Assembly: GCA_027082955.1 (NCBI GenBank)
Contig: JALWTA010000010.1
Location: 9,712-73,711 of the forward strand
DNA: 64,000 nucleotides
Reading direction: 5' to 3'
From: Sulfurovum sp.
GTDB lineage: Bacteria; Campylobacterota; Campylobacteria; Campylobacterales; Sulfurovaceae
Under the pieces are notes generated by a model that worked only from the letters and a program-made list of their open reading frames with translations, made no database searches and had not been told where the DNA came from. Shown here one piece after another: positions 41,588-51,361 of this stretch; positions within the stretch are counted from its first letter, which is position 1; every line of letters starts with the position of its first letter. A program made the translations under genes and the position numbers.

Positions 41588-43333
41588 TTAGCTATCACTT
41601 TTATTCATTTGATGGTTGAACTCCGGTACTATCTTTTTAAGCCGGCTGAGCTTATCCTCTGCAAGGATAAGCTCTTCAATATCTTTCCGAAGTGCATCGA
41701 TATCATACCGTGTCGGTGCCGCAACAGTGATGGAGTCATACTCGGTATGCATATCGCTCTCATCGATAAGCAATTCCTCGTAGAGTTTCTCGCCAGGGCG
41801 TAGCCCGGTAAAGACGATTTCAATATCATCTCTGCCGCTGAGCTCTATCATTTTTTGGGCCAGATCGACGATCTTCACCGGTTCTCCCATATCGAGGATA
41901 AATATCTCACCCCCCTTACCGATAGCACCTGCCTGAAGTACCAGTTCACACGCCTCAGGGATCAGCATAAAGTACCGGGTAATATCAGGATGTGTCACGG
42001 TGATCGGTCCGCCTGCTTCGATCTGTTGTCTGAACTTGGGAATGACCGATCCGCTGGAGCCAAGTACATTCCCAAAACGTACCGCTACGATTTCCGTTTT
42101 TTCGGAAGGGACATTCTGTGCATAGAGCTCACAAATGCGTTTGGTCGTACCCATGACATTGGTGGGACGTACCGCTTTGTCTGTAGAGATGAGTATAAAC
42201 TTCTCAACACCGTTTTCTATGGATACATCGATGCAGTTTTTGGTGCCCACAACATTATTGAGTATTGCCTCTTCTACATTGGCTTCGACCAGCGGTACAT
42301 GTTTGTAGGCTGCCGCATGAATGACAATTTGGGGTTTGTACTGTTCAAATGTGTTTTTCAACTGCTCTTTATGTACCACAGACTGCATCACACAGGCGAT
42401 CTTCGCTTTGGATGCAAGCTCCTGTTCTATGCGGTATAGGTTGTATTCACTATGGTCAAGCAGTATAAGCTCTCTGGCACCATATTTGACACACTGTCTT
42501 GCAATTTCACTGCCTATGCTTCCACCGGCACCGGTAATAAGCACGGACTTGTTTTGAATAAATGCTGAAATGGTCGCCTTGTCCAGATCTTGCGGGTGTC
42601 TTGCCAAAAGATCGGCAACCGAGATCTTTTGAAGCTGTTGGCTAAAGGGTTCGTCTCTGAGGATTGCATCAAGCGATGGCAACACTTGTATGGTGTCAAA
42701 ATAGTCATGCAGCCGCTCGTAGATCTCCTTGATGCGGTGTGCAGGGGCAGAGGGCATGGCGATCACCAGCAGATCAAACGTTTGTGTGCCTATTTTCTCT
42801 TTGAGTTTCTCTTTGGAGATAATGGGGATGCCGTCAATGCTGCGTCCGTGCAGTATGCTGTTGTCATCAACAAAGTAGCGCAGCCTGTAAGGGGTGTCCC
42901 TGAATTCCTCTTCAAGTTTCAAGCCCGCTTTTCCCGCACCGTAAATGACGATATTTTTGGTTTTGACTACACGGCTTTTGTTGATGAAGTAGTAGTAGGC
43001 ATACATCAGAAAGTTGATACTGAAAAGGTAGGCAAACAGTTCGCTGACAAAGAAGTAGACATATATCTTGCCATAAAACAGCGGCATGTAAAATACAAAA
43101 GCAGTAAAATAGACGACACTCTTTATGAGAAAGGTTTTTGGGGTTGCCTTGCTCCATGAAAGAGAGTAGTCTTTGTAGATCAGGGTAGAAGCGATGAGTC
43201 TAGCAACGATCACTGTAGTGACGACCTTTGGCATGAAAGGCTGGTGAAATACCCATGATGTCCACGCAAATGTTGTCAAAGAGAGGAGTATGATAACCAG
43301 ATAGTTTAAAATACGTTTGTCAATAGTGAACAT
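41588..43333 (-). CDS. Membrane-associated UDP-GlcNAc 4,6-dehydratase (PglF/WbpM/CapD family)
   Basis: 581 aa. Four N-terminal TM helices and two Rossmann motifs (IYGAGKAG, ITGAGGSIGSE), plus YKHVPLVE and GNVLGSSGSVIP. Confidence 0.85.
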   Translation of the reverse strand: MFTIDKRILNYLVIILLSLTTFAWTSWVFHQPFMPKVVTTVIVARLIASTLIYKDYSLSWSKATPKTFLIKSVVYFTAFVFYMPLFYGKIYVYFFVSELFAYLFSINFLMYAYYYFINKSRVVKTKNIVIYGAGKAGLKLEEEFRDTPYRLRYFVDDNSILHGRSIDGIPIISKEKLKEKIGTQTFDLLVIAMPSAPAHRIKEIYERLHDYFDTIQVLPSLDAILRDEPFSQQLQKISVADLLARHPQDLDKATISAFIQNKSVLITGAGGSIGSEIARQCVKYGARELILLDHSEYNLYRIEQELASKAKIACVMQSVVHKEQLKNTFEQYKPQIVIHAAAYKHVPLVEANVEEAILNNVVGTKNCIDVSIENGVEKFILISTDKAVRPTNVMGTTKRICELYAQNVPSEKTEIVAVRFGNVLGSSGSVIPKFRQQIEAGGPITVTHPDITRYFMLIPEACELVLQAGAIGKGGEIFILDMGEPVKIVDLAQKMIELSGRDDIEIVFTGLRPGEKLYEELLIDESDMHTEYDSITVAAPTRYDIDALRKDIEELILAEDKLSRLKKIVPEFNHQMNKSDS

Positions 43334-43335
43334 GG

Positions 43336-44445
43336 CTACTCTTTAATTGTCTGTTTGATAGTATCACATATCATCTGCACATCATCTCTGGTCATGGTTG
43401 TACTGCTTGCAACACATAGACCCTTTTCAAAAAGCCGTTCACTTGTTCCATCCGCAATGGCTTTGGCATCTTTGAAGAGCGGCTGCAGGTGCATCGGCTT
43501 CCAAAGTGGACGAGATTCGACATTGATCTTCTCAAGCGCGTTGACAACATCCATATAGTTCGTCTTTTCAAATGTCAACGCTGTCAGCCAGCGGTTTCCT
43601 CGGCTATTTGGGAGTTCTGGCATAAAGCTGATCTCGTCAATTCCGTCAAGACACTCTCTATACCATTCAAAGATCTGCCGTTTCTTGGCAACACGCTCCT
43701 CGATCACCTCCATCTGTCCCACACCGATGGCTGCAAGCACGTTGCTCATGCGGTAGTTGTAGCCGTATTCGGTATGTTCATAATGCAAAAACGGCTCTTT
43801 TGCCTGTGTGGCATAGAAGAGTGCTTTGTCTCTCCAAGCTTGGTTTGGGGTCACAAGCATGCCGCCGCCGGAAGTGGTCAGGATCTTGTTTCCATTAAAA
43901 GAGTAGATGCCAAAGTCGCCAAAGGTACCGGTATGTTTCCCGTTAAAAGTCGCTCCCAAGGATTCTGCGGCATCCTCAATAAGATAGATACCATGTGTTT
44001 TGCATATTTTGGCTATCTCTTCTATATCTGCGCTCATGCCATACAAATGTGTCACGATGAGTGCCTTGGGCTTTTTGTCACAACTTTCCAGATATTCTTG
44101 GAGAAGTTTGGGTGAAAGGTTCCATGAAGTTTCATTGCTGTCTATGAAAACGGGGTTTGCACCCTGATACAAAATGGCATTGACAGATCCTATGAAAGTA
44201 AATGTTGATGCGAGGACATCATCACCTTGACCAATACCGAGTATCCTCAGTGCCAGATGCAGTGCCGCTGTCCCAGAAGAGACGGCCAGTGCATTGGATG
44301 TACCGGTGTAGGACTTGATGTTCTCCTCGAACTTATTGACATACTCGCCAAGCGGCGCGATGTAGTTGCTTTCAAATACTTTTTCAATGTACTTCAGTTC
44401 ATTGCCGCTCATATGAGGGGCGCTTAAAAAGAGTCTTTTTTTCAA
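43336..44445 (-). CDS. DegT/DnrJ/EryC1-family PLP aminotransferase (PglE-like sugar 4-aminotransferase)
   Basis: 369 aa. It has the family layout with SFNGNKILTTSGGGM (PLP lysine) and lies between PglF-like and PglD-like genes. Confidence 0.85.
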   Translation of the reverse strand: MKKRLFLSAPHMSGNELKYIEKVFESNYIAPLGEYVNKFEENIKSYTGTSNALAVSSGTAALHLALRILGIGQGDDVLASTFTFIGSVNAILYQGANPVFIDSNETSWNLSPKLLQEYLESCDKKPKALIVTHLYGMSADIEEIAKICKTHGIYLIEDAAESLGATFNGKHTGTFGDFGIYSFNGNKILTTSGGGMLVTPNQAWRDKALFYATQAKEPFLHYEHTEYGYNYRMSNVLAAIGVGQMEVIEERVAKKRQIFEWYRECLDGIDEISFMPELPNSRGNRWLTALTFEKTNYMDVVNALEKINVESRPLWKPMHLQPLFKDAKAIADGTSERLFEKGLCVASSTTMTRDDVQMICDTIKQTIKE

Positions 44446-45038
44446 TCTAGTTCCTTTATGACTTTACATGGGTTTCCGTAACATAGTTTATTGTCCTCGA
44501 TGGAACGTATGACGACAGATCCTGCGCCTATCAGGCAAGCACTTCCTACGGTGACTCCCTGAATGATGCTGCTGCCTATGCCGATATGCGTCAGATCTCC
44601 AATGCTCACATTGCCTGCCAAAGCGACACCCGGAGAGATATGTGCAAAATCTCCTATTGTGTTTTCATGTTCAATGACCGAAGCGGTGTTGATAATGGCA
44701 CCTTTGCCGACAGTGCTGTGCGTGTTGATAACAACACCGGGCATCACGACACTTCCTTTGCCTATCATTACGTTGTCGGAGACGATAGCAGAGGGGTGGA
44801 TCAGTGTGGCAATTGCAAAGCCTGCCTCTTCTATCTTTTTAAAAAGTTTTTTTCGAACGGCATTGACTCCTACACCGAGTGCAATGGGAATCTCTGTGTT
44901 GTTTTTTATCTCTTCAAAAGAGGGATGCTTATTTTCTCCATCATCTATGAATATAATCTCATCATATCCACAAGCCTTTGCAATATCTGCAACAACCAGT
45001 CCATGTCCACTGGCACCGTAGATGTATAGAGATTTCAT
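44442..45038 (-). CDS. NeuD/PglD-family hexapeptide N-acetyltransferase
   Basis: 198 aa. An N-terminal Rossmann-like IYGASGHG is followed by left-handed beta-helix repeats. ATGA overlap with the aminotransferase gene. Confidence 0.85.
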   Translation of the reverse strand: MKSLYIYGASGHGLVVADIAKACGYDEIIFIDDGENKHPSFEEIKNNTEIPIALGVGVNAVRKKLFKKIEEAGFAIATLIHPSAIVSDNVMIGKGSVVMPGVVINTHSTVGKGAIINTASVIEHENTIGDFAHISPGVALAGNVSIGDLTHIGIGSSIIQGVTVGSACLIGAGSVVIRSIEDNKLCYGNPCKVIKELD

Positions 45039-45039
45039 A

Positions 45040-45357
45040 CTATTGACTACACCCTATCTTCTGACAAAACATTTCAAAAATAAACTTTTGTTTTGTTGTA
45101 TTTAATGTTGCCAAATATTTAAATAAAATTGATTTGTGTAGTGTAAAGTTTTTAGGTACAACCACTAAAGAATCTTTTTTTAAATTTCCATCTACAAGGT
45201 CATTATTGGAAATTATGAGTTTCTTATCATGGTATTGAGATGTTAATTGTAAACAGATACAGTCATCACCAAGTTCTTTTATAATGAGGACAGGTCGTAT
45301 CTTGTATTCACTCAAATCTGTAAAGTATATTTTTGCAAGATAGATTTTTCCTACCAT
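45040..45357 (-). CDS. PemK/MazF-like type II toxin
   Basis: 105 aa. GKIYLAKIYFTDLSEYKIRPVLII matches the MazF/PemK N-terminal strand plus the K-x-RP motif. It overlaps the upstream antitoxin by 7 nt (ATGGTAG). Confidence 0.6.
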   Translation of the reverse strand: MVGKIYLAKIYFTDLSEYKIRPVLIIKELGDDCICLQLTSQYHDKKLIISNNDLVDGNLKKDSLVVVPKNFTLHKSILFKYLATLNTTKQKFIFEMFCQKIGCSQ

Positions 45358-45614
45358 TGTGTATAGTCCTCACTATCTTCAACAAAACTTTTTGAATGAA
45401 ATCCAATTTTACCTATATTTTCTAACTCTTTTTTATGCCAATGCATATAATCATAAGAAAATGCTTTTTTAAGGATATCGTACTCTTCAAATGATATAAC
45501 AACAACATTTTCACGACCCTTTCGGTGTATGATTACCTCTTCATTATCTAAGTACACACTATCAAACACTGCTTTGAGATTATTTCTTGCTTCTGTTAAA
45601 CTTACTACCTGCAT
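45351..45614 (-). CDS. Phd/YefM-family type II antitoxin
   Basis: 87 aa. MQVVSLTEARNNLKAVFDSVYLDNEEVIIHRKGRENVVVISFEEYD is a textbook Phd/YefM N-domain. Confidence 0.8.
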   Translation of the reverse strand: MQVVSLTEARNNLKAVFDSVYLDNEEVIIHRKGRENVVVISFEEYDILKKAFSYDYMHWHKKELENIGKIGFHSKSFVEDSEDYTQW

Positions 45615-45643
45615 AGAATATCCTTTACATTTTTCTGTACATT

Positions 45644-45652
45644 ATTATAGCA
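45644..45652 (-). promoter_or_regulatory. Extended -10 promoter element TGcTATAAT for TA pair 1
   Basis: Plus-strand attatagca equals minus-strand TGCTATAAT, 29 nt upstream of the antitoxin ATG (SD AAAGGA). It sits in the 44-nt gap after the PglC-like gene. Confidence 0.5.
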
Positions 45653-45658
45653 TACTTT

Positions 45659-46249
45659 TCAGTTTCCAGTAAACTTCTCCATAGTAACACTACCACTCGA
45701 ACTTATATCACTTCTTTTGACAACCTTTAAAAACGTAAGCCATAATATCTTCATATCGAGCAAAAAAGATTGATTCTCAACATACCATACATCATACTCG
45801 AACTTCTGCTCCCAACTGATGGCATTGCGCCCGTTGACCTGTGCCCATCCAGTTATCCCTGGTTTGACATCGTGGCGTTTCTTCTGCCGTTCGTTGTAAA
45901 GCGGCAGGTACTCTACAAGCAAAGGTCTTGGCCCCACGAAACTCATATCCCCTTTCAAGACATTAAAAAGTTGTGGGAGTTCATCCAAACTAGTGCTTCG
46001 TATGAACTTTCCTATCCCAACAAGTCGTTTCTCATCAGGCAACAGCTTGCCATTTTGATCTGTCTCATTTGTCATAGTTCGAAACTTGTATATCTTGAAA
46101 ATTTTTCCATCTTTTCCGGGGCGTTCCTGTGTAAAGAGTATTGGTCTTCCCATCTTCCGCCAAATCAACAACGAAACTATTAAATATACAGGAAAAAATA
46201 AAATAATCAATATCAATGACAGAATCGTATCAAATATTCTTTTTATCAT
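45659..46249 (-). CDS. Small monotopic phosphoglycosyltransferase (PglC-like)
   Basis: 196 aa. One re-entrant helix followed by [33 protein letters not shown] and [12 protein letters not shown]. Confidence 0.85.
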   Translation of the reverse strand: MIKRIFDTILSLILIILFFPVYLIVSLLIWRKMGRPILFTQERPGKDGKIFKIYKFRTMTNETDQNGKLLPDEKRLVGIGKFIRSTSLDELPQLFNVLKGDMSFVGPRPLLVEYLPLYNERQKKRHDVKPGITGWAQVNGRNAISWEQKFEYDVWYVENQSFLLDMKILWLTFLKVVKRSDISSSGSVTMEKFTGN

Positions 46250-47396
46250 TTTCCAAAACCTCTTGATATTCTTTTAATAAACTTTGAAAAAACGCTTTTC
46301 TATCATATTTTTCAATTACACTTTTTCTTGTATTGGAACTTAAAACTTTTGATAAGGTTACATCTTCTAAAAATTTTCTCATAGCATTGTATAACATCTC
46401 TATGTTTTTAGGTTCGACAATCAAACCATTGACATTGTGCTCGATGATCTCATCGCATCCATTAATGTTGGTAACGATACAAGGCAGTTGCATGCTGCAT
46501 GCCTGAAGTACAACATTGGGAAATCCCTCCCTGTAGGTAGGCAGTACAAAACAGTCACTGGCCGCCAAATATGGTCTTATATCATTCTGAAATCCTACAT
46601 GAAAAATCTGTTTATTGGTTTTCAAAATACTATGTGCCTGTGTGGAGATGGGATCAAGTGTTTCTTCAAAACTTCCAACTATTAGCAATCTAATATGGTC
46701 ATACTCTTCGGAGAGCTTTTGAAAAGCACCTAAAAGTTCATTGACCCCTTTGTCTTTTACAACCCTGCCCACAAAACAGAAAACAAATGTATTGTGAAGA
46801 TTGTATTTGTTTTTGATCTTGTCTGCTTGCTCTACTACCTCATTGGTTTTGTCAAAATAGACTGTATCGATACCATTACTGCTGCCATGACCAATCACCT
46901 TTAGCTTCTCTTTCTTGGCAAGTCTTTGCTCCAGTATATAGCTTTGTAACCCAAGTGAATTCGGGTAGACTCTGGTTGCAAAGAAGTAGGTGAGTTTTTC
47001 GACAAGCAGCAGCAACTGCTTCTTCTTTCCAGTTGCTTCCATAACGGGAAGCCCCGCAACGGTATGAAGTCTATGAGGCACACGACAAATCCATGCAGCC
47101 ATCATACCCACAATGCCAGCTTTGGGTGTATGTGTATGCACAATGTCAGGCTTTTCTTTTAGGAGCAAAAAGACCATTTTGACTAAAGAGATGACATCAC
47201 GCATGGGTGTGATCTCTCTGCTCATCTCAAGTGAAACGGTTCTGATACCCTCCCTTTTCTCTACCTCTGTAAGTTCTTCTCCCGCGCTGGACACCCCTAC
47301 AACTTCAAAGTATTGGTTCATAAATTTGAGTTGATCTGTCAATAGTACTTTGAGAGATATAGGTACAGTTGTGATGCGGATTAGTTTAGGTTTCAT
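46230..47396 (-). CDS. GT4-family glycosyltransferase
   Basis: 388 aa. GT-B layout with HTHTPKAG and C-terminal [20 protein letters not shown] (the E-x7-E region). Confidence 0.75.
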   Translation of the reverse strand: MKPKLIRITTVPISLKVLLTDQLKFMNQYFEVVGVSSAGEELTEVEKREGIRTVSLEMSREITPMRDVISLVKMVFLLLKEKPDIVHTHTPKAGIVGMMAAWICRVPHRLHTVAGLPVMEATGKKKQLLLLVEKLTYFFATRVYPNSLGLQSYILEQRLAKKEKLKVIGHGSSNGIDTVYFDKTNEVVEQADKIKNKYNLHNTFVFCFVGRVVKDKGVNELLGAFQKLSEEYDHIRLLIVGSFEETLDPISTQAHSILKTNKQIFHVGFQNDIRPYLAASDCFVLPTYREGFPNVVLQACSMQLPCIVTNINGCDEIIEHNVNGLIVEPKNIEMLYNAMRKFLEDVTLSKVLSSNTRKSVIEKYDRKAFFQSLLKEYQEVLENDKKNI

Positions 47397-48513
47397 ACGT
47401 ATCTCTCCCGCTTAACTTGGTATGCAGTGATTTTGATATCTGTCTACCTTTGTTTCTTAGGGGCTCTTCTATAAATCTATAGGAAAATTCTGTAAAAAGG
47501 ATGACTACGATGATATATGGAATTAAAAACATTAAATGATGCTCTGTATGGGAGGGTGAAAGTCCGGCATATCTGAAAAACAGTTCGCGGATAAAATAGA
47601 TTCCTAACATATGGGTTAAATATAAAGAATAGGATCTTGAACCTAGTACCGAAAGTGTTTTGCGCCATATGCCATCTTGCATTATCACCCCATTGTTAAA
47701 AGATGCCAATAGCACTAAAATACCTGAAACGATAACAACCAGTCCATGATAAAACCAAACAACTTCCTCTTTGGCTACCAGTACTAATAGAGCGAAGAGC
47801 ATTATCATGATAAAAGGTTTATATTTACTGGTTTTCAAAAATGTAAGTTGCATATGTGCAAAAAAATTGATATGGTGCAAATATGCAATGAGGATACCAA
47901 GAGCAATAGCATCTGTTCTAAAGAACCAAAGAGGTGATGGCCAAGGTCTATGTAAAAAAATCTGAGACAAAACCAAAATTAAAGAAATTAAAGCAATCTT
48001 CCGTTTGCCAAAAAAGAATAAAAGCAGAGGAAAGAGGAAATAAAACTGCTCTTCAAGTGAAAGACTCCAATATACACGAAGCCCTGTAGGTTCACAATGG
48101 GTAAAATGAAAATATTGACAAGAAACAAGATTGAAATTAACGACTTGAAAGAGACCTGCTATCGCAGTATTTACATTTCCCTGTATAGTACCGAAATAAT
48201 GGCTTTCATTAAAGAATATACTACACACAATAGCAAAAAGAGACCAAAAGATTGCTGCAGGCCATAATCTATAGATACGTTTGATAAAAAAAGGTATATA
48301 AAACGCACTAAAAGAGTCTTCTCGATCGTAAGCTTTCAATAGTATACCGGCGATTAGATAACCGGATATGCAAAAAAATAAATCTACTCCTCCGCCTAGC
48401 CAATAATAAGCTGTATAGGTACTTATTTCCGGGAACAAGTTTGGCAAATGGTCAAAGACTACAAGAGTAATTGCGTATGCTCTAAGTACTTCTATTTCGA
48501 AATTTTTTTTCAT
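47386..48513 (-). CDS. Acyltransferase family 3 membrane O-acyltransferase
   Basis: 375 aa. It has EVLRAYAITLVVFDH and about 10 TM helices. Confidence 0.75.
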   Translation of the reverse strand: MKKNFEIEVLRAYAITLVVFDHLPNLFPEISTYTAYYWLGGGVDLFFCISGYLIAGILLKAYDREDSFSAFYIPFFIKRIYRLWPAAIFWSLFAIVCSIFFNESHYFGTIQGNVNTAIAGLFQVVNFNLVSCQYFHFTHCEPTGLRVYWSLSLEEQFYFLFPLLLFFFGKRKIALISLILVLSQIFLHRPWPSPLWFFRTDAIALGILIAYLHHINFFAHMQLTFLKTSKYKPFIMIMLFALLVLVAKEEVVWFYHGLVVIVSGILVLLASFNNGVIMQDGIWRKTLSVLGSRSYSLYLTHMLGIYFIRELFFRYAGLSPSHTEHHLMFLIPYIIVVILFTEFSYRFIEEPLRNKGRQISKSLHTKLSGRDTYET

Positions 48514-50045
48514 ATGAACCTGCGCTTGATTTTTTCAATCATCATTACTTTAAAGATGCTCACTTCTTCATTCTTCAGAAGCAATAAAAGCAAGAAAAAG
48601 CATATTATACCCAATAACGCTCCTGTAAAAAAGTCCAAATACAAATTATGAAAATAACTGTATTTTTGGTAATTGTGCATGGCATATAGAGCTATCGAAA
48701 CTGCAAAAATATTTTTTGCTAAAAATACAGATATGCCATCATAGAAATCTTTACCGATTTTCTTGTGTAAAATAACAACTTGCATGAAAACATAAACAAT
48801 TAAAGAAATAGAAGATGCCAATGCCAATCCTTCAACACCTAAATATCGGACAAACATGATGCTAAGTAAAATGTTAACACTGACTGCAACAGTGCTGATA
48901 AGCAAAGGGGTTTTGGTATTTTTTTGAGCATAAAAGACCTTGTTGAACAGTTCTCGCAATCCTAAAAAAACAATACCTATGCTGTAAAAGAAAAAGACAG
49001 AAGAGGTTAATGTTGCTGCTGATGTATCAAATTTTCCGCGTTGAAATACAATGGAAACAATTTCGTGATTGTAAACGAGTGTTATGGCAGTAACAGGTAG
49101 CATGATCAGCAAGAGTAAACGTATGCTTTTTTGTATTGATAGATTTAGTTTGTCATTTTCGCCATTAACAATATGTTTTGAAAACATAGGATATACAATA
49201 CTCATAATAGCCATCACAAATATACCGCTTGCAAAACTGATCAGTCTGTTTGAATAGTTGAGTGCAGAAACACTTCCCTCCTGTAGCCCTGATGCCAGGA
49301 TCGTATCTACCATGATGTTGGTTTGGTCGATAAAAACACCCAAAAATGCAGGGAAGAAAAGTAACCCCATTTTTTTAATATTTTTATCTTTTAGATTTAA
49401 ATAAAAAGAGTATGCAAAATGTTTCCTTACAATCCATTTGTGTAAAGGAACTTGTAATGCCCATGCAACAACACCTGCAACGGCAGGTACATAGATACCA
49501 TAATTTGAAGCAAAGAGTGTAATTGCGATAACTACAATAGAATTATTGATTATGGGTACTAAATGTGGTGTTATGTATTGTTCATTGCTTAGTTGTATGG
49601 ATGTCATAAAACTGATAAAAATAGAAAAAACAAATGAGAGAGTCATAATACGTAAAAGAGAAATAGTTAAGCCAATATTTTGAGAATCAGTGGATGAATT
49701 GATTATGTGAACAATTTTTGGTGCAAAATAGACCCCAAGAATCATAATCAGTAAGGAAATAAGCAGATATAGATTGATGATATTGCTGCTAAATAGACTA
49801 CTGTTTTGCAAACCATGCTTGATTTTTTCTTCGTTATAGAGAGGTAAAAAAACCAAAGAGACTGTAGCGTAAAAAGCCGTAAATAGTATGCCTGTGATGT
49901 TGAGGGCTATGAAAAAAGCATCTGTATCGGAACCTGCACCAAAATAGGAGGAGATAACTACATCTTTTCCAAAAGCGATCGCTTTACCAATGATGATCAT
50001 CAGTATAATAAAAAGTCCTGTCGTAAATAGTGTTCTTTTTTTCAT
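48510..50045 (-). CDS. MOP-superfamily flippase, MurJ/MviN-like (probable O-unit flippase in this context)
   Basis: 511 aa, about 14 TM helices. The N-terminus GKAIAFGKDVVISSYFGAGSDTDAFFIA is MurJ-like. It sits in a glycan cassette next to a Wzy candidate. Confidence 0.65.
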   Translation of the reverse strand: MKKRTLFTTGLFIILMIIIGKAIAFGKDVVISSYFGAGSDTDAFFIALNITGILFTAFYATVSLVFLPLYNEEKIKHGLQNSSLFSSNIINLYLLISLLIMILGVYFAPKIVHIINSSTDSQNIGLTISLLRIMTLSFVFSIFISFMTSIQLSNEQYITPHLVPIINNSIVVIAITLFASNYGIYVPAVAGVVAWALQVPLHKWIVRKHFAYSFYLNLKDKNIKKMGLLFFPAFLGVFIDQTNIMVDTILASGLQEGSVSALNYSNRLISFASGIFVMAIMSIVYPMFSKHIVNGENDKLNLSIQKSIRLLLLIMLPVTAITLVYNHEIVSIVFQRGKFDTSAATLTSSVFFFYSIGIVFLGLRELFNKVFYAQKNTKTPLLISTVAVSVNILLSIMFVRYLGVEGLALASSISLIVYVFMQVVILHKKIGKDFYDGISVFLAKNIFAVSIALYAMHNYQKYSYFHNLYLDFFTGALLGIICFFLLLLLLKNEEVSIFKVMMIEKIKRRFI

Positions 50046-50047
50046 GA

Positions 50048-51361
50048 TTAAACTGTTTTGTAAAAGTTGAATTTTCTATGAGTAAAGAGCCATACAAAGA
50101 AGAAAAAGAACATTGCAATGACACTTCCGGGAGTATGAAGCAGCTGGTTATTGGCAGGAATATATAGCAGTCCGATTGTCAGATTGGCAAACAAGATGAT
50201 TGAGACAGGGTTATGATAACGGTAGGCTTCTTTCCATACTTTTGCATAAAAAAATGCTATGAGAGCAAATACAAACAGAGTGCCGATAAATGTAAAATCT
50301 CCCGCAAACCAGGAAAAAACAGTAGACCATTTGCTGTCATCCCATGCTGTGTGCAGTCCTGTTCTGTAAGGATAGGTATCGTGAAAATCGACAGGCACGC
50401 CTAAAAACCTGTTCATAAAGACTGTTACCGAATAGGAGTTCCCCATAAAATAGGTCCACTCGAAAGGTTCTTGCATACAAAGTGACAATCCGTAGTATCC
50501 TTGGGAAAGGTAGCCGCTAAAGGCAGCAAGTGCGAAACCAAATTTGTCTCCAAAAATAGAAAATATGATACTGTCTGTATCGTACTTCATGAGAGGATGC
50601 ACTACATCATTAATGTTGGATCTGTCAATGTTTAAAGCAGAATATCTAAAGTAGAGTACGGTAACAAGAAGGGCAATGCCGAGAATGCCAAAGAGAAAAA
50701 GTTTTTTAAGCAACTTTTTCCTTTTTACAGGATCGGTAAGGTCACTTCTTAGCAAAAAAACGATGCTTAGAAAAACAAGAATGTCTCCCAACTGTTTTTG
50801 CTTCCCATGTCCAATGGTTTCGAGTAAAATGATCGAGACATATGAAAATATTACCATATATCTATATGCTTTTGGTAGTTTCTTAAAATAGAAAGCGCCT
50901 AAAATCAATGTTGCAAGATAAGGAACATAGGTTAGTGTCTGTATAAGGAAAGCAACTCTTACATTTCCTTTGCCTCTTTCATAGTCTTTGTATAAATTAA
51001 TATATGCTTCTCCCATTTTGGATATTGAGAGATTTAGTGTTCCATCGTAAAGGGAGAGTATCAAGTTGACAAGTTGAACGATAGCAATAATGACAATACT
51101 GATTTTGACCCAAAAGATGATCGTTTGAAGCTTTGAACGTTGATCTTGCCGATGTATATTTATGGCACGGTTGTTTAATTCAACAAGTCCTAGAGTATAA
51201 CCAATGGAAAAGAGCAAAAGAAAGGCCAGCATATATGCTGCAACCGGTAATTTTTCATAATCTGTATAGGTAATAGGTCCCCAAAAACTCAATACTACAC
51301 CGATAAGAATATATAGCATTACAGCTATTAAAGGTAAAAAGTCTGTTGTAGTTGCTTTCAA
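50048..51361 (-). CDS. Putative O-antigen/oligosaccharide repeat-unit polymerase (Wzy-like)
   Basis: 437 aa, about 11 TM helices. I recognise no conserved motif. The call comes from topology and its position between a flippase and glycosyl/acetyl transferases. Confidence 0.45.
   Translation of the reverse strand: MKATTTDFLPLIAVMLYILIGVVLSFWGPITYTDYEKLPVAAYMLAFLLLFSIGYTLGLVELNNRAINIHRQDQRSKLQTIIFWVKISIVIIAIVQLVNLILSLYDGTLNLSISKMGEAYINLYKDYERGKGNVRVAFLIQTLTYVPYLATLILGAFYFKKLPKAYRYMVIFSYVSIILLETIGHGKQKQLGDILVFLSIVFLLRSDLTDPVKRKKLLKKLFLFGILGIALLVTVLYFRYSALNIDRSNINDVVHPLMKYDTDSIIFSIFGDKFGFALAAFSGYLSQGYYGLSLCMQEPFEWTYFMGNSYSVTVFMNRFLGVPVDFHDTYPYRTGLHTAWDDSKWSTVFSWFAGDFTFIGTLFVFALIAFFYAKVWKEAYRYHNPVSIILFANLTIGLLYIPANNQLLHTPGSVIAMFFFFFVWLFTHRKFNFYKTV

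Noticed and set aside
48510-50045. The MurJ-like gene as the housekeeping peptidoglycan lipid II flippase
   Set aside because: It is embedded in an AT-rich O-unit cassette between an AT3 acyltransferase and a Wzy candidate, with overlapping or abutting gene junctions. A glycan-unit flippase role fits better. This cannot be excluded without the rest of the genome.
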